A DNA stretch of 64,000 bases from a virus (IMGVR_UViG_3300009103_000017:1-64000); one strand, 5' to 3'. Shown: positions 10,530 to 21,332, counted from the stretch's first letter. Translations and numbers: made by a program. The notes: generated by a model not told the origin, from the letters alone.

Positions 10530-11903
10530 ATGAAAAATCAGGAAAACTTTGCCAAATTCGGCAAATCGTTCCAAGAAGATTTATGTCACCTTTTATTGGC
10601 TGACCGGCCTTTTGCCGATCAAATGTTTGAAGTATTGGACTTAAATTTTTTGGAACTCAAACATTTGAGAGTGTTCATACAAAAGATAAAATCTTATAGA
10701 AGCAAATACGGCGTACATCCGACTCAAAAAATAATGAGTTCGGTTATAAGGACAGAACTCAGAGAACACTCAGAGTCTATTCGTATCCGAATTCGAGATT
10801 ACTATGCAAGAGTATTAGCTACAAATGGTCTTCCTGATAGTGCAGAGTATACAAAAGATGTGGCGTTAGATTTCTGTAAAAGACAGAAGCTAAAAGAGGC
10901 GCTCATCACTTCGGTAGATTTGATAGAGAGGTCCTCTTATGACGAGGTGTCTAAAGTTATAGATGAGGCTTTAAAGCTTGGAAATGATAACAATTTAGGT
11001 TACGACTATATCATGGATTTCGAAGAAAGATTCCAGCTTAAGGCGCGCAACCCAATTTCCACTGGTTGGAAGCACATCGATGACGCGTCACTCGGCGGCT
11101 TGGGTAAAGGTGAGCTTGGGGTGGTGATTGCTCCAACTGGAGCAGGTAAATCAATGGTACTGGTGCATTTGGGTGCCAGTGCACTCATGGCTGGTAAAAA
11201 TGTTCTTCACTATACTTTAGAGCTGGCTGATACAGTCGTAGCGGCCAGATATGATAGTGCTATTACTGGAGTGGAATTAAACAATCTGAGAACCTTTAAA
11301 GAGAAAGTGTACGAAGAAGTGAAAGACATCTCAGGAAGGCTCCTCGTCAAGGAGTATCCGACTAGATCTGCCACTGTGCAAACTATCAAAAATCACCTTG
11401 ATAAGCTGAAAAGAAGAGGCTTTGTACCGGACTTAATTATAGTGGATTATGGCGATCTAATAAAGCCAGAGTTTTCGAGAAAAGACGAGAAAAGACACCA
11501 GTTGGAGACTATTTATGAAGAGTTGAGAGGCATGGCTCAAATGAGTGAATGTCCGATATGGACTGCTTCGCAAACAAATCGATCTGGGTTGAATGCGGAA
11601 GTAATAACGATGGAATCTATTTCGGAAGCTTTTAATAAGTGTTTTGTCGCAGATTTTATTTTTACTGTTTCGAGAACGATAGATGATAAAAATACCAACA
11701 CTGGTAGGATCTTTTTAGCGAAAAATAGAAACGGACCCGACGGAGTAATTTATCCTATCTTTATGGATACCGGATGTGTTAAAATAAAGGTATTGGACCC
11801 AACAAGCGAATCTATGGAAGACATAATCAGCAAATCTTCGAAAGAAAGGCTTGAAAATTTAAAACAAAAGTATGCTGATTTCAAGAAAGATAAGAAGGAG
11901 TAG
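10530..11903 (+). CDS. replicative helicase (DnaB/T4 gp41-like)
   Basis: GELGVVIAPTGAGKS Walker A, TLEL, IVDYGD, TASQTNR, KNRNG. Confidence 0.9.
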   Translation: MKNQENFAKFGKSFQEDLCHLLLADRPFADQMFEVLDLNFLELKHLRVFIQKIKSYRSKYGVHPTQKIMSSVIRTELREHSESIRIRIRDYYARVLATNGLPDSAEYTKDVALDFCKRQKLKEALITSVDLIERSSYDEVSKVIDEALKLGNDNNLGYDYIMDFEERFQLKARNPISTGWKHIDDASLGGLGKGELGVVIAPTGAGKSMVLVHLGASALMAGKNVLHYTLELADTVVAARYDSAITGVELNNLRTFKEKVYEEVKDISGRLLVKEYPTRSATVQTIKNHLDKLKRRGFVPDLIIVDYGDLIKPEFSRKDEKRHQLETIYEELRGMAQMSECPIWTASQTNRSGLNAEVITMESISEAFNKCFVADFIFTVSRTIDDKNTNTGRIFLAKNRNGPDGVIYPIFMDTGCVKIKVLDPTSESMEDIISKSSKERLENLKQKYADFKKDKKE

Positions 11904-11907
11904 TTAG

Positions 11908-13770
11908 ATGGAGGTGTCGAGTAAAATTCTGTCAGATATAACAGTGCACATGAAGTATGCCAGGTTTTTGCCTAATGAAAATCGTAGAGAAAGTTGGGAT
12001 GAGCTGGTGTCACGAAATATGAAGATGCATTTAAAGAAGTTTCCGAATTTAGAAATGGAAATTTATAAAGCGTACAAACTTGTGCATGACAAAAAAGTTC
12101 TTCCGTCTATGAGATCTATGCAATTTGGGGGTAAACCAATCGAAGTTGCCCCAAACAGGATTTTTAATTGCGCCTATATGCCTATTAATGATTGGCGCTC
12201 ATTTGGCGAATCTATGTTCTTGCTGCTAGGCGGAACCGGTGTTGGATACAGTGTCCAAAAACATCACGTAGAGGAACTACCAGAAATACAGCTGCCAAAT
12301 CTAAAGCGCACCCGCCGATTTTTGGTAAATGACTCAATCGAAGGTTGGGCTGATGCAGTAAAGGCTCTTATGAGGTCTTATTTTTATGGAGGGTCACGCC
12401 TTCGATTTGATTATTCGGATATACGGCCCAAAGGGGCGCGCCTTATAACGTCTGGAGGTAAGGCTCCAGGCCCCCAGCCGCTTAGGGAATGTTTGGTTAA
12501 GATCGAGGGTATGCTATCGGAGAAAGATAGCGGGGACAAACTAAGCACTATTGAAGTTCATGATATAATTTGCCACATTGCAGACGCTGTGCTTGCTGGT
12601 GGAATCCGTCGCGCCGCCCTGATCTCTCTTTTTTCGGCAGACGATCAAGAGATGATATCTTGTAAAACGGGAAATTGGTGGGAAGCTAATCCCCAGCGCG
12701 GCCGCGCAAACAATTCTGTTGTCTTATTGCGCCACAAGATAGAGAAAGAATACTTTATGGATCTTTGGGAGCGTGTGCGCGCCTCCAACGCCGGCGAGCC
12801 CGGGTTTTATTTCTCCAACGATAAGGACTGGGGGACTAATCCGTGTTGCGAGATAGGTCTTCGACCGTACCAATTTTGCAACTTAACAGAAGTGAATGTT
12901 TCGAATGTTACAAGTCAGGAGGATCTGGAAGAGAGAGTGCGAGCAGCCGCATTTATTGGAACACTGCAGGCTAGCTATACAGATTTCCATTATTTGCGTG
13001 ACGTTTGGCGCCGCACCACAGAGAGGGATGCCCTGATTGGTGTGTCCATGACGGGGATTGCTTCTGGCAGTGTTTTAGAGCTTGACATGCAAGCAGCTGC
13101 TTTGGAGGTGAAGAAGGAAAACAGGAGAGTCGCATTCCAGATCGGAATAAGACCCGCAGCTAGGACCACTTGTGTTAAGCCTGCTGGCACTACTAGCTTG
13201 GTTTTAGGTACATCATCTGGGATCCATGCATGGCATAGTGAGTATTATATTCGCCGTCTTCGAGTTGGAAAGAATGAAGCGATATATGAATATCTTTCAA
13301 AGCATCATCCCGATCTTGTGGAGGATGAGTATTTTACCCCACACACGACGGCTGTAATATCTGTGCCGCAAAGAGCTCCAGAGGGTGCCATATTGAGGTC
13401 GGAATCATCCCTTCAGCTTCTGAAGAGGGTGAAAAATGTTTCTGAGCACTGGGTCCGTTCTGGTTTTTCTAAGGGACAAAACACACACAACGTTTCGGCA
13501 ACCATATCAATAAAAGATGCAGAATGGCAAGATGTGGGAGAGTGGATGTGGGAGAATAGGAATAGTTATAACGGCTTGTCAGTTCTCCCTTTTGACGGGG
13601 GAACCTATGTTCAATCACCGTTTGAGGAGTGTTCAAAAGAGACATACGAAGTTATGATGTCGGCTTTGAATGATGTGGACCTTTTTATGGTAAGTGAAGA
13701 TGAGGATAATACAGATCTTGCAGGTGAAGCCGCGTGTGCAGGGGGAGCATGCGAAGTTAAATTTGTTTAA
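11908..13770 (+). CDS. nrdJ: class II (B12-dependent) ribonucleotide reductase
   Basis: FNCAY, GTGVG, RRAA, TNPCCEI, CNLTE, CVKPAGT, C-terminal ACAGGAC. Confidence 0.9.
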   Translation: MEVSSKILSDITVHMKYARFLPNENRRESWDELVSRNMKMHLKKFPNLEMEIYKAYKLVHDKKVLPSMRSMQFGGKPIEVAPNRIFNCAYMPINDWRSFGESMFLLLGGTGVGYSVQKHHVEELPEIQLPNLKRTRRFLVNDSIEGWADAVKALMRSYFYGGSRLRFDYSDIRPKGARLITSGGKAPGPQPLRECLVKIEGMLSEKDSGDKLSTIEVHDIICHIADAVLAGGIRRAALISLFSADDQEMISCKTGNWWEANPQRGRANNSVVLLRHKIEKEYFMDLWERVRASNAGEPGFYFSNDKDWGTNPCCEIGLRPYQFCNLTEVNVSNVTSQEDLEERVRAAAFIGTLQASYTDFHYLRDVWRRTTERDALIGVSMTGIASGSVLELDMQAAALEVKKENRRVAFQIGIRPAARTTCVKPAGTTSLVLGTSSGIHAWHSEYYIRRLRVGKNEAIYEYLSKHHPDLVEDEYFTPHTTAVISVPQRAPEGAILRSESSLQLLKRVKNVSEHWVRSGFSKGQNTHNVSATISIKDAEWQDVGEWMWENRNSYNGLSVLPFDGGTYVQSPFEECSKETYEVMMSALNDVDLFMVSEDEDNTDLAGEAACAGGACEVKFV

Positions 13771-13778
13771 TTTTTTTC

Positions 13779-13807
13779 TTGATTAAAGGACAAGAATCAG
13801 ATATAAT
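13779..13807 (+). promoter_or_regulatory. sigma70-like promoter
   Basis: TTGATT-17-TATAAT upstream of groES. Confidence 0.6.
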
Positions 13808-13838
13808 GTTATTATCTAGTTAGAGTTAGGAGTTTTAA

Positions 13839-14162
13839 ATGTCTAAAATATTGCCGGAAACCTTAAAGCCGGTTAATCGTCACCTTTTAGTTATACCACA
13901 CAGAGCAGAGAAGAAGACTGAATCGGGAGTTCTGCTGCCAGAAGATTTTAAGCCACAAGAGGACAGGTATGTTGTTGCGACCGTAATGGACGTTGCATCT
14001 GATTGCAATTCTGTATTTAGATGTGTCAGGTCAGCACCCAATACTAGAGTTGTTATAGATAACACTATGGTTGAGGAAGTAAGGGTGAGAAATAAGGTAC
14101 ATTATTTAATTTTGGAAAACTATGTGGTTGGGCTTTTGAGGAGGCTTGGAAATGAAGATTAG
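13839..14162 (+). CDS. groES: co-chaperonin GroES-like
   Basis: LKPVNRHLLV...EKKTESGVLLP mobile-loop signature. Confidence 0.8.
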   Translation: MSKILPETLKPVNRHLLVIPHRAEKKTESGVLLPEDFKPQEDRYVVATVMDVASDCNSVFRCVRSAPNTRVVIDNTMVEEVRVRNKVHYLILENYVVGLLRRLGNED

Positions 14163-16302
14163 AATAACACCTCTATTGTTTCTTTTAGTGCTTTCTTGCC
14201 AAGATCAAATGGCAGTACCATTCGCTGATGACGCGTCCACAAGTGATTTTTCCCCACAGATTGCAGCCACTGATTTATCCCAGTCCGACGCCACGCCAGA
14301 TATTGCCATAATTCAAGCTTGGGACGCGTCCACAACCTTAGACGTGCAGGTGGATTCATCTCCCCCTGTTGTGTGCGAGAGATATGGCTCTAGAGAGTCG
14401 TGCCCGATAGAGGGTTTGTTGGGTCCCTGTGCACAGGGGCAGAAGACGTGCTTTACTACAAGTTGGTCACAATGCACTCCGGTAAACTTTCCACGCGAAG
14501 AGGTGTGTGATGCCGTTGACAATGACTGTGATGGTAGAGTAAATGAATCCCCGCCGCATCTTGATTCTCAAAATAACATTTTAACTCGTAGTTGTTATGA
14601 GGGAGCACCCGCGACGTCTAAAAACGGCGTTTGTATGCCTGGAATTTCTATCTGTATGGAGATGTTTCGAGATTCAGACGCCGGCGTCGAATCGTACTAT
14701 GCTTATGGTTCTTGCGAACAGCAGGTCCTCCCATCAGAAGAAGTTTGTGATTCGCTCGATAACGACTGCGATGGAACTACAGACGAGGGGACTCTGAATG
14801 TTTGTAACGAATGTGGCCCCGACCCTGTTGAAATTTGTGATGGTTTGCAAGTCGACGAAGATTGCGACGGCCAAATTGATGAAAATCTTTTAAACGTCTG
14901 CGGTACCTGCGGCCCCGACCCTGTCGAAGTTTGTGATACTGTCGACAATGACTGCGATGGCCAGACCGATGAGGGCTTGCTTAACGCATGTGGTGCATGC
15001 GGCGAGCTCCCCCGCGAACTGTGTGACTTTGTCGACAATGATTGCGATGGATTGGTGGATGAGGACTTTGCTGAAGAGGTATGCGCTTGTGAACATCCGG
15101 ACTATGTACCTCAGCCAGAGATCTGCGACGGCGCAGATCAAGATTGTGATGGGTTTATAGATGAGGGCCCCGACGGAGGTCCCCTGTCTAAGTTGTGCTC
15201 AACTGATCTGATTACAAACGAGGTTATAACTTACGACCGACGCGAGGATGGCCCGCAGTATGTCGCTGGTGAGTGCCGCCTTGGGGCCGCTTTCTGTGAG
15301 CAGAGGAGAGATGCTCAAGGTGAATTAAAATATGATTATTTTGAGTGCCAACAGGAAATTCGACCGGGCGTGGAAAGATGCAATGATCAAGACGACGACT
15401 GCGATGGTCTTTCCGATGAGGATTTTCTTCAAGGAAGCGTAGCTGTGATGATGATTGTGGACGTTTCTGGCTCAATGGATGCGGGAGAGTTGAATGCTGC
15501 TTTTGATGCAACGAGAAATTCAGTGCAGAGGTTGTTCAACGATGGTGTTGTCGATGTCTGTTATATGCTAGCGGTGGTAGGAAATGATGATATGCCTGAC
15601 CCATATCTCTTTTATCCTGGCGACACATGCGTCCCGGGCGTGGAAGACCCACCACAGGTTCCAATAGAAGATATGTTTAATGCGGTCAATACTTTAAGAT
15701 TGAACCTTCAGGCGGGAACTGTTAATCAAGGCGGAGCCACGGAAAATACTCTTGATGCCCTCGGGCGCTTTTTCACTGATGACCGAATAGACTGGGACCG
15801 CGACGGAGTAAATGACAATATCCTTTGGAGCACAAATCGCCCTCAAGCTCAAATACAGGGTATTGAGGATTCTTGGGACATCGATTTGAGCCAATACACC
15901 CATCGCATAGCAATCGTTATTGGAGACGAGCCTGCACAGGGAGCCGAATGGAATAATCATGCAGCTGCATCTGCAATGGCGCATGCTAATGCCATGGCAT
16001 TTATAATAGGGACCCCACAAAATGCCCATAGTTATCAGCCACTTATTGACTTCGGCGCCGTCCATTCAGGCGGCCTGCAGGGGTTTGGCAACCAGAATGA
16101 GCAACAGATTATAGACTCAGTGGTGGAGGCCATTGATGAGGCAGCGTGTATAAACGGCAGGCAAGGTGAGCCACCGGATGATGAAGAGGAAGAACCAGAG
16201 CCAGAGGAACAACAGGGAGCTAACTTACATAACCGCCTTAATGGCGGTTATGCTTTGGTGTCTTATGGGGTATACGATTCTGGGCGCCTAATGTGTTTGT
16301 AA
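14146..16302 (+). CDS. Cys-rich putative lipoprotein with MopE-like metal-binding repeats and a vWA domain
   Basis: Lipobox-like LLVLSC; about seven E-x-C-D-x-x-D-N-D-C-D-G-x-x-D-E repeats; MIDAS DVSGS. Confidence 0.75.
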   Translation: MEMKIRITPLLFLLVLSCQDQMAVPFADDASTSDFSPQIAATDLSQSDATPDIAIIQAWDASTTLDVQVDSSPPVVCERYGSRESCPIEGLLGPCAQGQKTCFTTSWSQCTPVNFPREEVCDAVDNDCDGRVNESPPHLDSQNNILTRSCYEGAPATSKNGVCMPGISICMEMFRDSDAGVESYYAYGSCEQQVLPSEEVCDSLDNDCDGTTDEGTLNVCNECGPDPVEICDGLQVDEDCDGQIDENLLNVCGTCGPDPVEVCDTVDNDCDGQTDEGLLNACGACGELPRELCDFVDNDCDGLVDEDFAEEVCACEHPDYVPQPEICDGADQDCDGFIDEGPDGGPLSKLCSTDLITNEVITYDRREDGPQYVAGECRLGAAFCEQRRDAQGELKYDYFECQQEIRPGVERCNDQDDDCDGLSDEDFLQGSVAVMMIVDVSGSMDAGELNAAFDATRNSVQRLFNDGVVDVCYMLAVVGNDDMPDPYLFYPGDTCVPGVEDPPQVPIEDMFNAVNTLRLNLQAGTVNQGGATENTLDALGRFFTDDRIDWDRDGVNDNILWSTNRPQAQIQGIEDSWDIDLSQYTHRIAIVIGDEPAQGAEWNNHAAASAMAHANAMAFIIGTPQNAHSYQPLIDFGAVHSGGLQGFGNQNEQQIIDSVVEAIDEAACINGRQGEPPDDEEEEPEPEEQQGANLHNRLNGGYALVSYGVYDSGRLMCL

Positions 16303-17078
16303 AAGATCTGGTAATTGGGAATTCAATTGAGTCACTATTTTTTTCTTTTATAAATGGCTATTTTCATTTGCGCTCATCACCCATGGGGCCCCTGTTTTAT
16401 GAGACGTCCGACTATTCTATTTTTGGAACAAGAAACAAGAGGGAGATTTGGAATAAATTGCTATTTTATTTAGCTTTATTGGGCAGGAGCGCTTCACACG
16501 AACATCAGGAAAGGATAGACGTTACCAACAATCAATGCCGAGTCGCATCGAGGGGGTCTGTTGAGATCTATGGATTTGAGAATTGTCACATATTTGATAC
16601 TTCTGGTATATCTGTTGAGAATGAGGTAGATAGAATGAATGAGACAAAATTTAGGGTTATAGATGACCTTGAGATAAGAAATATGAGTAGGGATGTGCGT
16701 GAGATAAAATCATTTAGTTTCAGTACAGATTTTGTAAAAGAAGTGCATTTTTATACATCTGGCAGAATTGATGGCGCAAAGCATGTCACAGATTGTGTAT
16801 CTGAATCAGTTTTATCCAAAGAACAGATATATGAATTCGACTATTCGGATACTATGGTTAAATTTAAAATACAGAAAGCTTTAATTGCACATGGATTCAA
16901 CGGCCGTATCGCTGGCGTTCTTAAAAATGGAAAGAATAAGTTTTTAAAACCGGAACTCACCCACACTAGACGTATCGTTCAAGAGGTGCCAGATATATCT
17001 TATAGAGATTCAGAAAATATAAGGTTCTTAAGTAAGAATCTAGGACAGATTATTGATGAAGCCACCACCCAAAGGTAG
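16293..17078 (+). CDS. hypothetical protein
   Basis: 261-aa ORF overlapping both neighbours; N-terminal LVIGNS is weakly Rossmann-like. Confidence 0.6.
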   Translation: MFVKDLVIGNSIESLFFSFINGYFHLRSSPMGPLFYETSDYSIFGTRNKREIWNKLLFYLALLGRSASHEHQERIDVTNNQCRVASRGSVEIYGFENCHIFDTSGISVENEVDRMNETKFRVIDDLEIRNMSRDVREIKSFSFSTDFVKEVHFYTSGRIDGAKHVTDCVSESVLSKEQIYEFDYSDTMVKFKIQKALIAHGFNGRIAGVLKNGKNKFLKPELTHTRRIVQEVPDISYRDSENIRFLSKNLGQIIDEATTQR

Positions 17079-17907
17079 GACACTAGCGGGTATCATACCT
17101 CTTGTTGGTCAAGAAAGTTCATATGGCATGCCATGGCCGGATTATTTGCAGCCCATTAACAAGAATTATACCGCAGTAGAGAGAAGCGTCTACGAATGTG
17201 CTATTGCTGGGTGTGACAGTATTTGGATTGTCTGCAATGACGATGTGGCTCCTCTGGTGAAAGACAGGGTGGGTGACTATGTTATGGACCCTGTGATATT
17301 TGAGCGGTGGGACTTCATAAGAAATCAGCAGGATCATAAAAAAAATATACCAATTTTTTTCACCCCTGTGCACCAAAAAGATCGCGACAGGAGAGATAGC
17401 TTGGGGTGGTCAGTGATACACGGGGCCCTGATGGCTTTTAAGATTTCTTCGCGCATAAGTAGTTGGTTTTCTCCGAATAAGTATTTCGTCTCTTTTCCTC
17501 AGGGAATATACGACCCACAAATACTGAAGGGAAACAGGGAACTCATCCGCGGCCGCAACAACTTCTATCTTTCTCACAGATCAGAAACAGTGAGAAATAA
17601 TAAATTTTTATCATTCACTTTCACGCCATCAGATTGGCTTTTATATAAACGAAAAGTTAAAAGCAGCTGTACTGGTGGTTCTCCTGCACTTCCAGCTCAT
17701 AAAAGATGGTCTTCTAAGGATTTTACTCTTGACAAAATTTTTAATCATGATAAAATAACAATAGATAGCACAATTGAAACTGATTCCTATTACGCCCTTG
17801 ACAGTTGGGAGGGGCTGGAGCAGTATTATAGGTCAGCGTTGAGGATCAGCAGGCCCCCCAAAGCAGTTATAGGTCCTCATAAATTTAAAAAAAGATTGGA
17901 AGAATAA
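17053..17907 (+). CDS. nucleotidyltransferase-like protein (NTP_transferase fold)
   Basis: LAGIIPLVG...PDYLQPI...AVERSVYECAIAGCDSIWIV resembles the N-terminus of sugar-phosphate nucleotidyltransferases. Confidence 0.55.
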   Translation: MMKPPPKGRTLAGIIPLVGQESSYGMPWPDYLQPINKNYTAVERSVYECAIAGCDSIWIVCNDDVAPLVKDRVGDYVMDPVIFERWDFIRNQQDHKKNIPIFFTPVHQKDRDRRDSLGWSVIHGALMAFKISSRISSWFSPNKYFVSFPQGIYDPQILKGNRELIRGRNNFYLSHRSETVRNNKFLSFTFTPSDWLLYKRKVKSSCTGGSPALPAHKRWSSKDFTLDKIFNHDKITIDSTIETDSYYALDSWEGLEQYYRSALRISRPPKAVIGPHKFKKRLEE

Positions 17908-20900
17908 TGGAAAGAACAGAAAATAGAATCCCCTTTGTGGGGCTGCATGCCCATTCGGTCGCGGGCTCCCCGTTTGATGCTCTCGGGTACCCGCAAGAAC
18001 ATATGGACTTCGCATACGAAAATGGAATGTCAGCTCTGGCCCTCACGGACCACGGTAATGCAAACGGCCTTGCATATCAGGTTTTGCACGCTAAAAAAAT
18101 GGCCTCAGAGGGAAAGAATTTCAAGCCAATTTTTGGCGTTGAGGCCTACTTCATACCCTCAGTCACTAATTGGAAAAAAGATTATGAGGAAGTCAAATCA
18201 AAGGCCAAGAGGAAATCAGAATACGAAGTTGGTTCTTCTGGCACAACAGTCGAAAACGAGGCCTCAAAAAAGAAAATTAAATCAACACTTAATCGCAGAA
18301 GGCATCTAATATTATTAGCGCAAAATCAGGAGGGCCTTCAAAACATATTTAAAATGATATCAACTTCATATGTGGGGGACAACTTTTACAGATACCCTAG
18401 GGTAGACTACTCATTGCTGAAGAAGTACAGCGAGGGTGTCATCGCCGCCTCAGCCTGCTTAGGTGGTGTATATGCTGGAGACTATTGGGAAAATCGCGAC
18501 GAAGGTTCTGATGCGGTTAAAGAGGCCATGCGAAAGACAACACAAAAAATGCAGTCAATCTTTGGAGACAGGTGGTACGGGGAGTTGCAGTGGAACTCAA
18601 TACCAGAACAGCATGAATTGAATAATTATATTATTGATATGCATTATGAGTTCGGAGTAGATTTGATCTCTACCGCCGATAGTCATTATTATTCTCCAGA
18701 AGTTTGGAAAGATCGCGAACTTTATAAGAGGCTAGGATGGCTCGGCCGCGGCCGGCCCGAATACCTCTCGGAAGAATTGCCGGTTTCTGTTGATGAAGTC
18801 GGGTATGAATTGTATCCAAAGAACGGCGAGCAGATGTGGGAGTCATACAAAAGATATTCTGATAAGTCTGGCATCGAATACGATGATGATTTAATCTTCT
18901 CCTCCATCATCAGAACCCACGAAATTGCTTTCAAGAGGATAGAAGATTTCATCCCAGATAACACTGTTAGGCTCCCTGATTTTGTGGTCCCAGAGGGTTC
19001 AACCCCAGGTCAAGCTTTGGCGGCATTGTGTGTTGAGGGCGCTCGCTCTCTTAAATTGGCCAACAACCCGGCTTACTCGGAGAGGTTGACGAAGGAGCTA
19101 GATGTAATAGAGAGCCGCGGCTTTTCGAAATATTTCTTAACGATGAAGGCAATATCCGACAGGGCCATAGAGACGCAACTAGTGGGTCCTGGCCGCGGCT
19201 CAGCTGCGGGATCGCTGGTATCGTATGTCCTTGGTATTACTCAGGTCGACCCACTAAAATACGGCCTTCAATTCGAGAGGTTCCTAACTAAAGGGGGCTC
19301 GGGATATCCAGATATAGATTATGACGTTTCAGACCCAATGGAACTTAAAGAGAAGCTAATTGAGGAGTGGGGTGACACTACGGTTGTTCCCATAACAAAT
19401 TGGAATACGTTGCAATTGCGATCCCTCATAAAGGACATTTCAAAATTTTATGGAGTTGAGTTTATGGAGGTGAACAACGTTACCAGTAAAATGGTGTATG
19501 AGGCTATGCCTCTAGCCAAAAAGGCCAACGGAATCACTGCAGGAGTATACAGTCCGACGTTTGAAGAGTTGATGAAATACTCTTCGACGCTTCAATCTTT
19601 TTTAGAAAAGTATCCAAAAATAAAAACCCACGTTGAGACAATTTATGGCCAAGTTCGTTCCGCATCTCGTCACGCCGGCGGCGTCGTGGTAGGGGAGAAC
19701 TTAGATAATTGGATGCCAATAATTAATAGCGGTGGTGTAAGACAAACTCCATGGTCTGAGGGTCAAAATGTCAGACATTTGGAGCCCATGGGGTTTATTA
19801 AGTTTGATATCCTCGGGCTCGCCTCTTTAAGAATGATGGAGGGTGCCATCACTCGTATTTTAAAAAGGCACCACAAAGTGGAAAATCCAACGTTTGCGGA
19901 AATAAAAGAATTTTATGACAATAATCTTCACCCAGAGGTGCTCAATCTGTCAGATGAAAAAGTTTGGAAAGAAGTATTTCACAAGGGCAAGTGGGCAGGT
20001 ATTTTTCAATTTACTGAAACGGGCGCCCAAGCATTTTGCAAGAATGCAAAACCGAATAACATTACGGATTTGGCTGCCATTACCAGCATCTATAGGCCTG
20101 GCCCACTTTCAGCTGGTGTAGATAAGATGTATTGTGCGGCGAAAAGCAATCCGGCTGATGTTCAATACATGAATGATTCTTTTCGTGAAGTCACAGAAGA
20201 GACTTATGGTTTCTTGATTTTTCAAGAACAAATAGCGATGCTTGCACATAAGTTTGGTAAGGATCTAACTCTAGATGAGGGCAACAAGCTGAGAAAACTA
20301 TTGACAAAGAAAGGTACAGGCTCAGTGCAGATTCAGAAAGATAGAATTTGGGAAAAGTTTCAAAAAGGGTGCACCGATAAGGATATTCCAAAGTGGCAAG
20401 CGAAAGAGATTTGGGATAAGTTTGAATACTTTTCGGGCTACGGGTTTAATAAATCTCACGCTGTCTCGTATTGTATACTCTCCTTCCAGTGTGCGTGGCT
20501 TTTACATTATTACACGTCTGAATGGCTAGCAGCATTTTTGGATAAGGAGCCAGAAAAAAGAAAAGAGCGCGCCATATCTACAGCAAAATCTTATGGGTAC
20601 AAGATTGAACCACTTAACGTAAATACATCTGGCGCCGTATGGGAAATAGGGGAAGAAAAGACACTGATACAACCCCTTGCCTCTATAAAGGGGCTGGGCG
20701 ATGCGGCTATCGCTCAGATCATTAATCATCGGCCATTCGACAATATAGAAGACTTTCTTTTCCATGATGAAGTGAGTTATTCAAAATTAAACAAAAAGGC
20801 TCTTGACGCGTTGGTTAGGGCAAGGGCTTTAAATTGTTTGATGGATGAACGATTTACTGGTATGAAGCATTTTTGGAGTGCTGTTGCGGTCGACCGCCCC

Positions 20901-21332
20901 AGAAAAGTGAAGAACTTAGAAGAAAACATAATTAAGTATGCACCAGAGGGAGACTTCACAGAAGAGGAGAAACTAGAATATCAAGTATCGTTGACAGGTG
21001 TCTTCCCCATTAATGCAGTGGTCACAGACGCCGTAAGACAAAAGCTGGACGAACTATATATTCCACCAATTTCAGAATTCGACATTGATCTGGGTGTTAC
21101 GTGGTTTATTCCTAGAGAATGTACCCTGAAAAAGACAAAAAATGGCAAAAACTTTTATGTTATCAAGGTGATAGATGACAATAGTGAGATGAATACGATA
21201 AGGTGTTGGGGAGTTAACCCAGAGAAGGACATAGTTCATATTAATCGGCCCTATATGGCTAAATTGAAATATGATCAACAGTGGGGCTTTTCAACATTTA
21301 ACGTGAGAAGAATGTTTAAACTTTTAGCTTAA
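17907..21332 (+). CDS. dnaE: DNA polymerase III alpha subunit (family C)
   Basis: PHP motifs LHAHS, TDHG, DSHY; GRGSAAGSLV; FERFL; PDIDYD; RHAGG; KFDILGL; YGFNKSH. Confidence 0.95.
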   Translation: MERTENRIPFVGLHAHSVAGSPFDALGYPQEHMDFAYENGMSALALTDHGNANGLAYQVLHAKKMASEGKNFKPIFGVEAYFIPSVTNWKKDYEEVKSKAKRKSEYEVGSSGTTVENEASKKKIKSTLNRRRHLILLAQNQEGLQNIFKMISTSYVGDNFYRYPRVDYSLLKKYSEGVIAASACLGGVYAGDYWENRDEGSDAVKEAMRKTTQKMQSIFGDRWYGELQWNSIPEQHELNNYIIDMHYEFGVDLISTADSHYYSPEVWKDRELYKRLGWLGRGRPEYLSEELPVSVDEVGYELYPKNGEQMWESYKRYSDKSGIEYDDDLIFSSIIRTHEIAFKRIEDFIPDNTVRLPDFVVPEGSTPGQALAALCVEGARSLKLANNPAYSERLTKELDVIESRGFSKYFLTMKAISDRAIETQLVGPGRGSAAGSLVSYVLGITQVDPLKYGLQFERFLTKGGSGYPDIDYDVSDPMELKEKLIEEWGDTTVVPITNWNTLQLRSLIKDISKFYGVEFMEVNNVTSKMVYEAMPLAKKANGITAGVYSPTFEELMKYSSTLQSFLEKYPKIKTHVETIYGQVRSASRHAGGVVVGENLDNWMPIINSGGVRQTPWSEGQNVRHLEPMGFIKFDILGLASLRMMEGAITRILKRHHKVENPTFAEIKEFYDNNLHPEVLNLSDEKVWKEVFHKGKWAGIFQFTETGAQAFCKNAKPNNITDLAAITSIYRPGPLSAGVDKMYCAAKSNPADVQYMNDSFREVTEETYGFLIFQEQIAMLAHKFGKDLTLDEGNKLRKLLTKKGTGSVQIQKDRIWEKFQKGCTDKDIPKWQAKEIWDKFEYFSGYGFNKSHAVSYCILSFQCAWLLHYYTSEWLAAFLDKEPEKRKERAISTAKSYGYKIEPLNVNTSGAVWEIGEEKTLIQPLASIKGLGDAAIAQIINHRPFDNIEDFLFHDEVSYSKLNKKALDALVRARALNCLMDERFTGMKHFWSAVAVDRPRKVKNLEENIIKYAPEGDFTEEEKLEYQVSLTGVFPINAVVTDAVRQKLDELYIPPISEFDIDLGVTWFIPRECTLKKTKNGKNFYVIKVIDDNSEMNTIRCWGVNPEKDIVHINRPYMAKLKYDQQWGFSTFNVRRMFKLLA

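Noticed and set aside
8387-21332. Inteins or introns in UvsX, helicase, NrdJ or DnaE
   Set aside because: Lengths and motif spacing are normal, with no intein or homing-endonuclease signatures.
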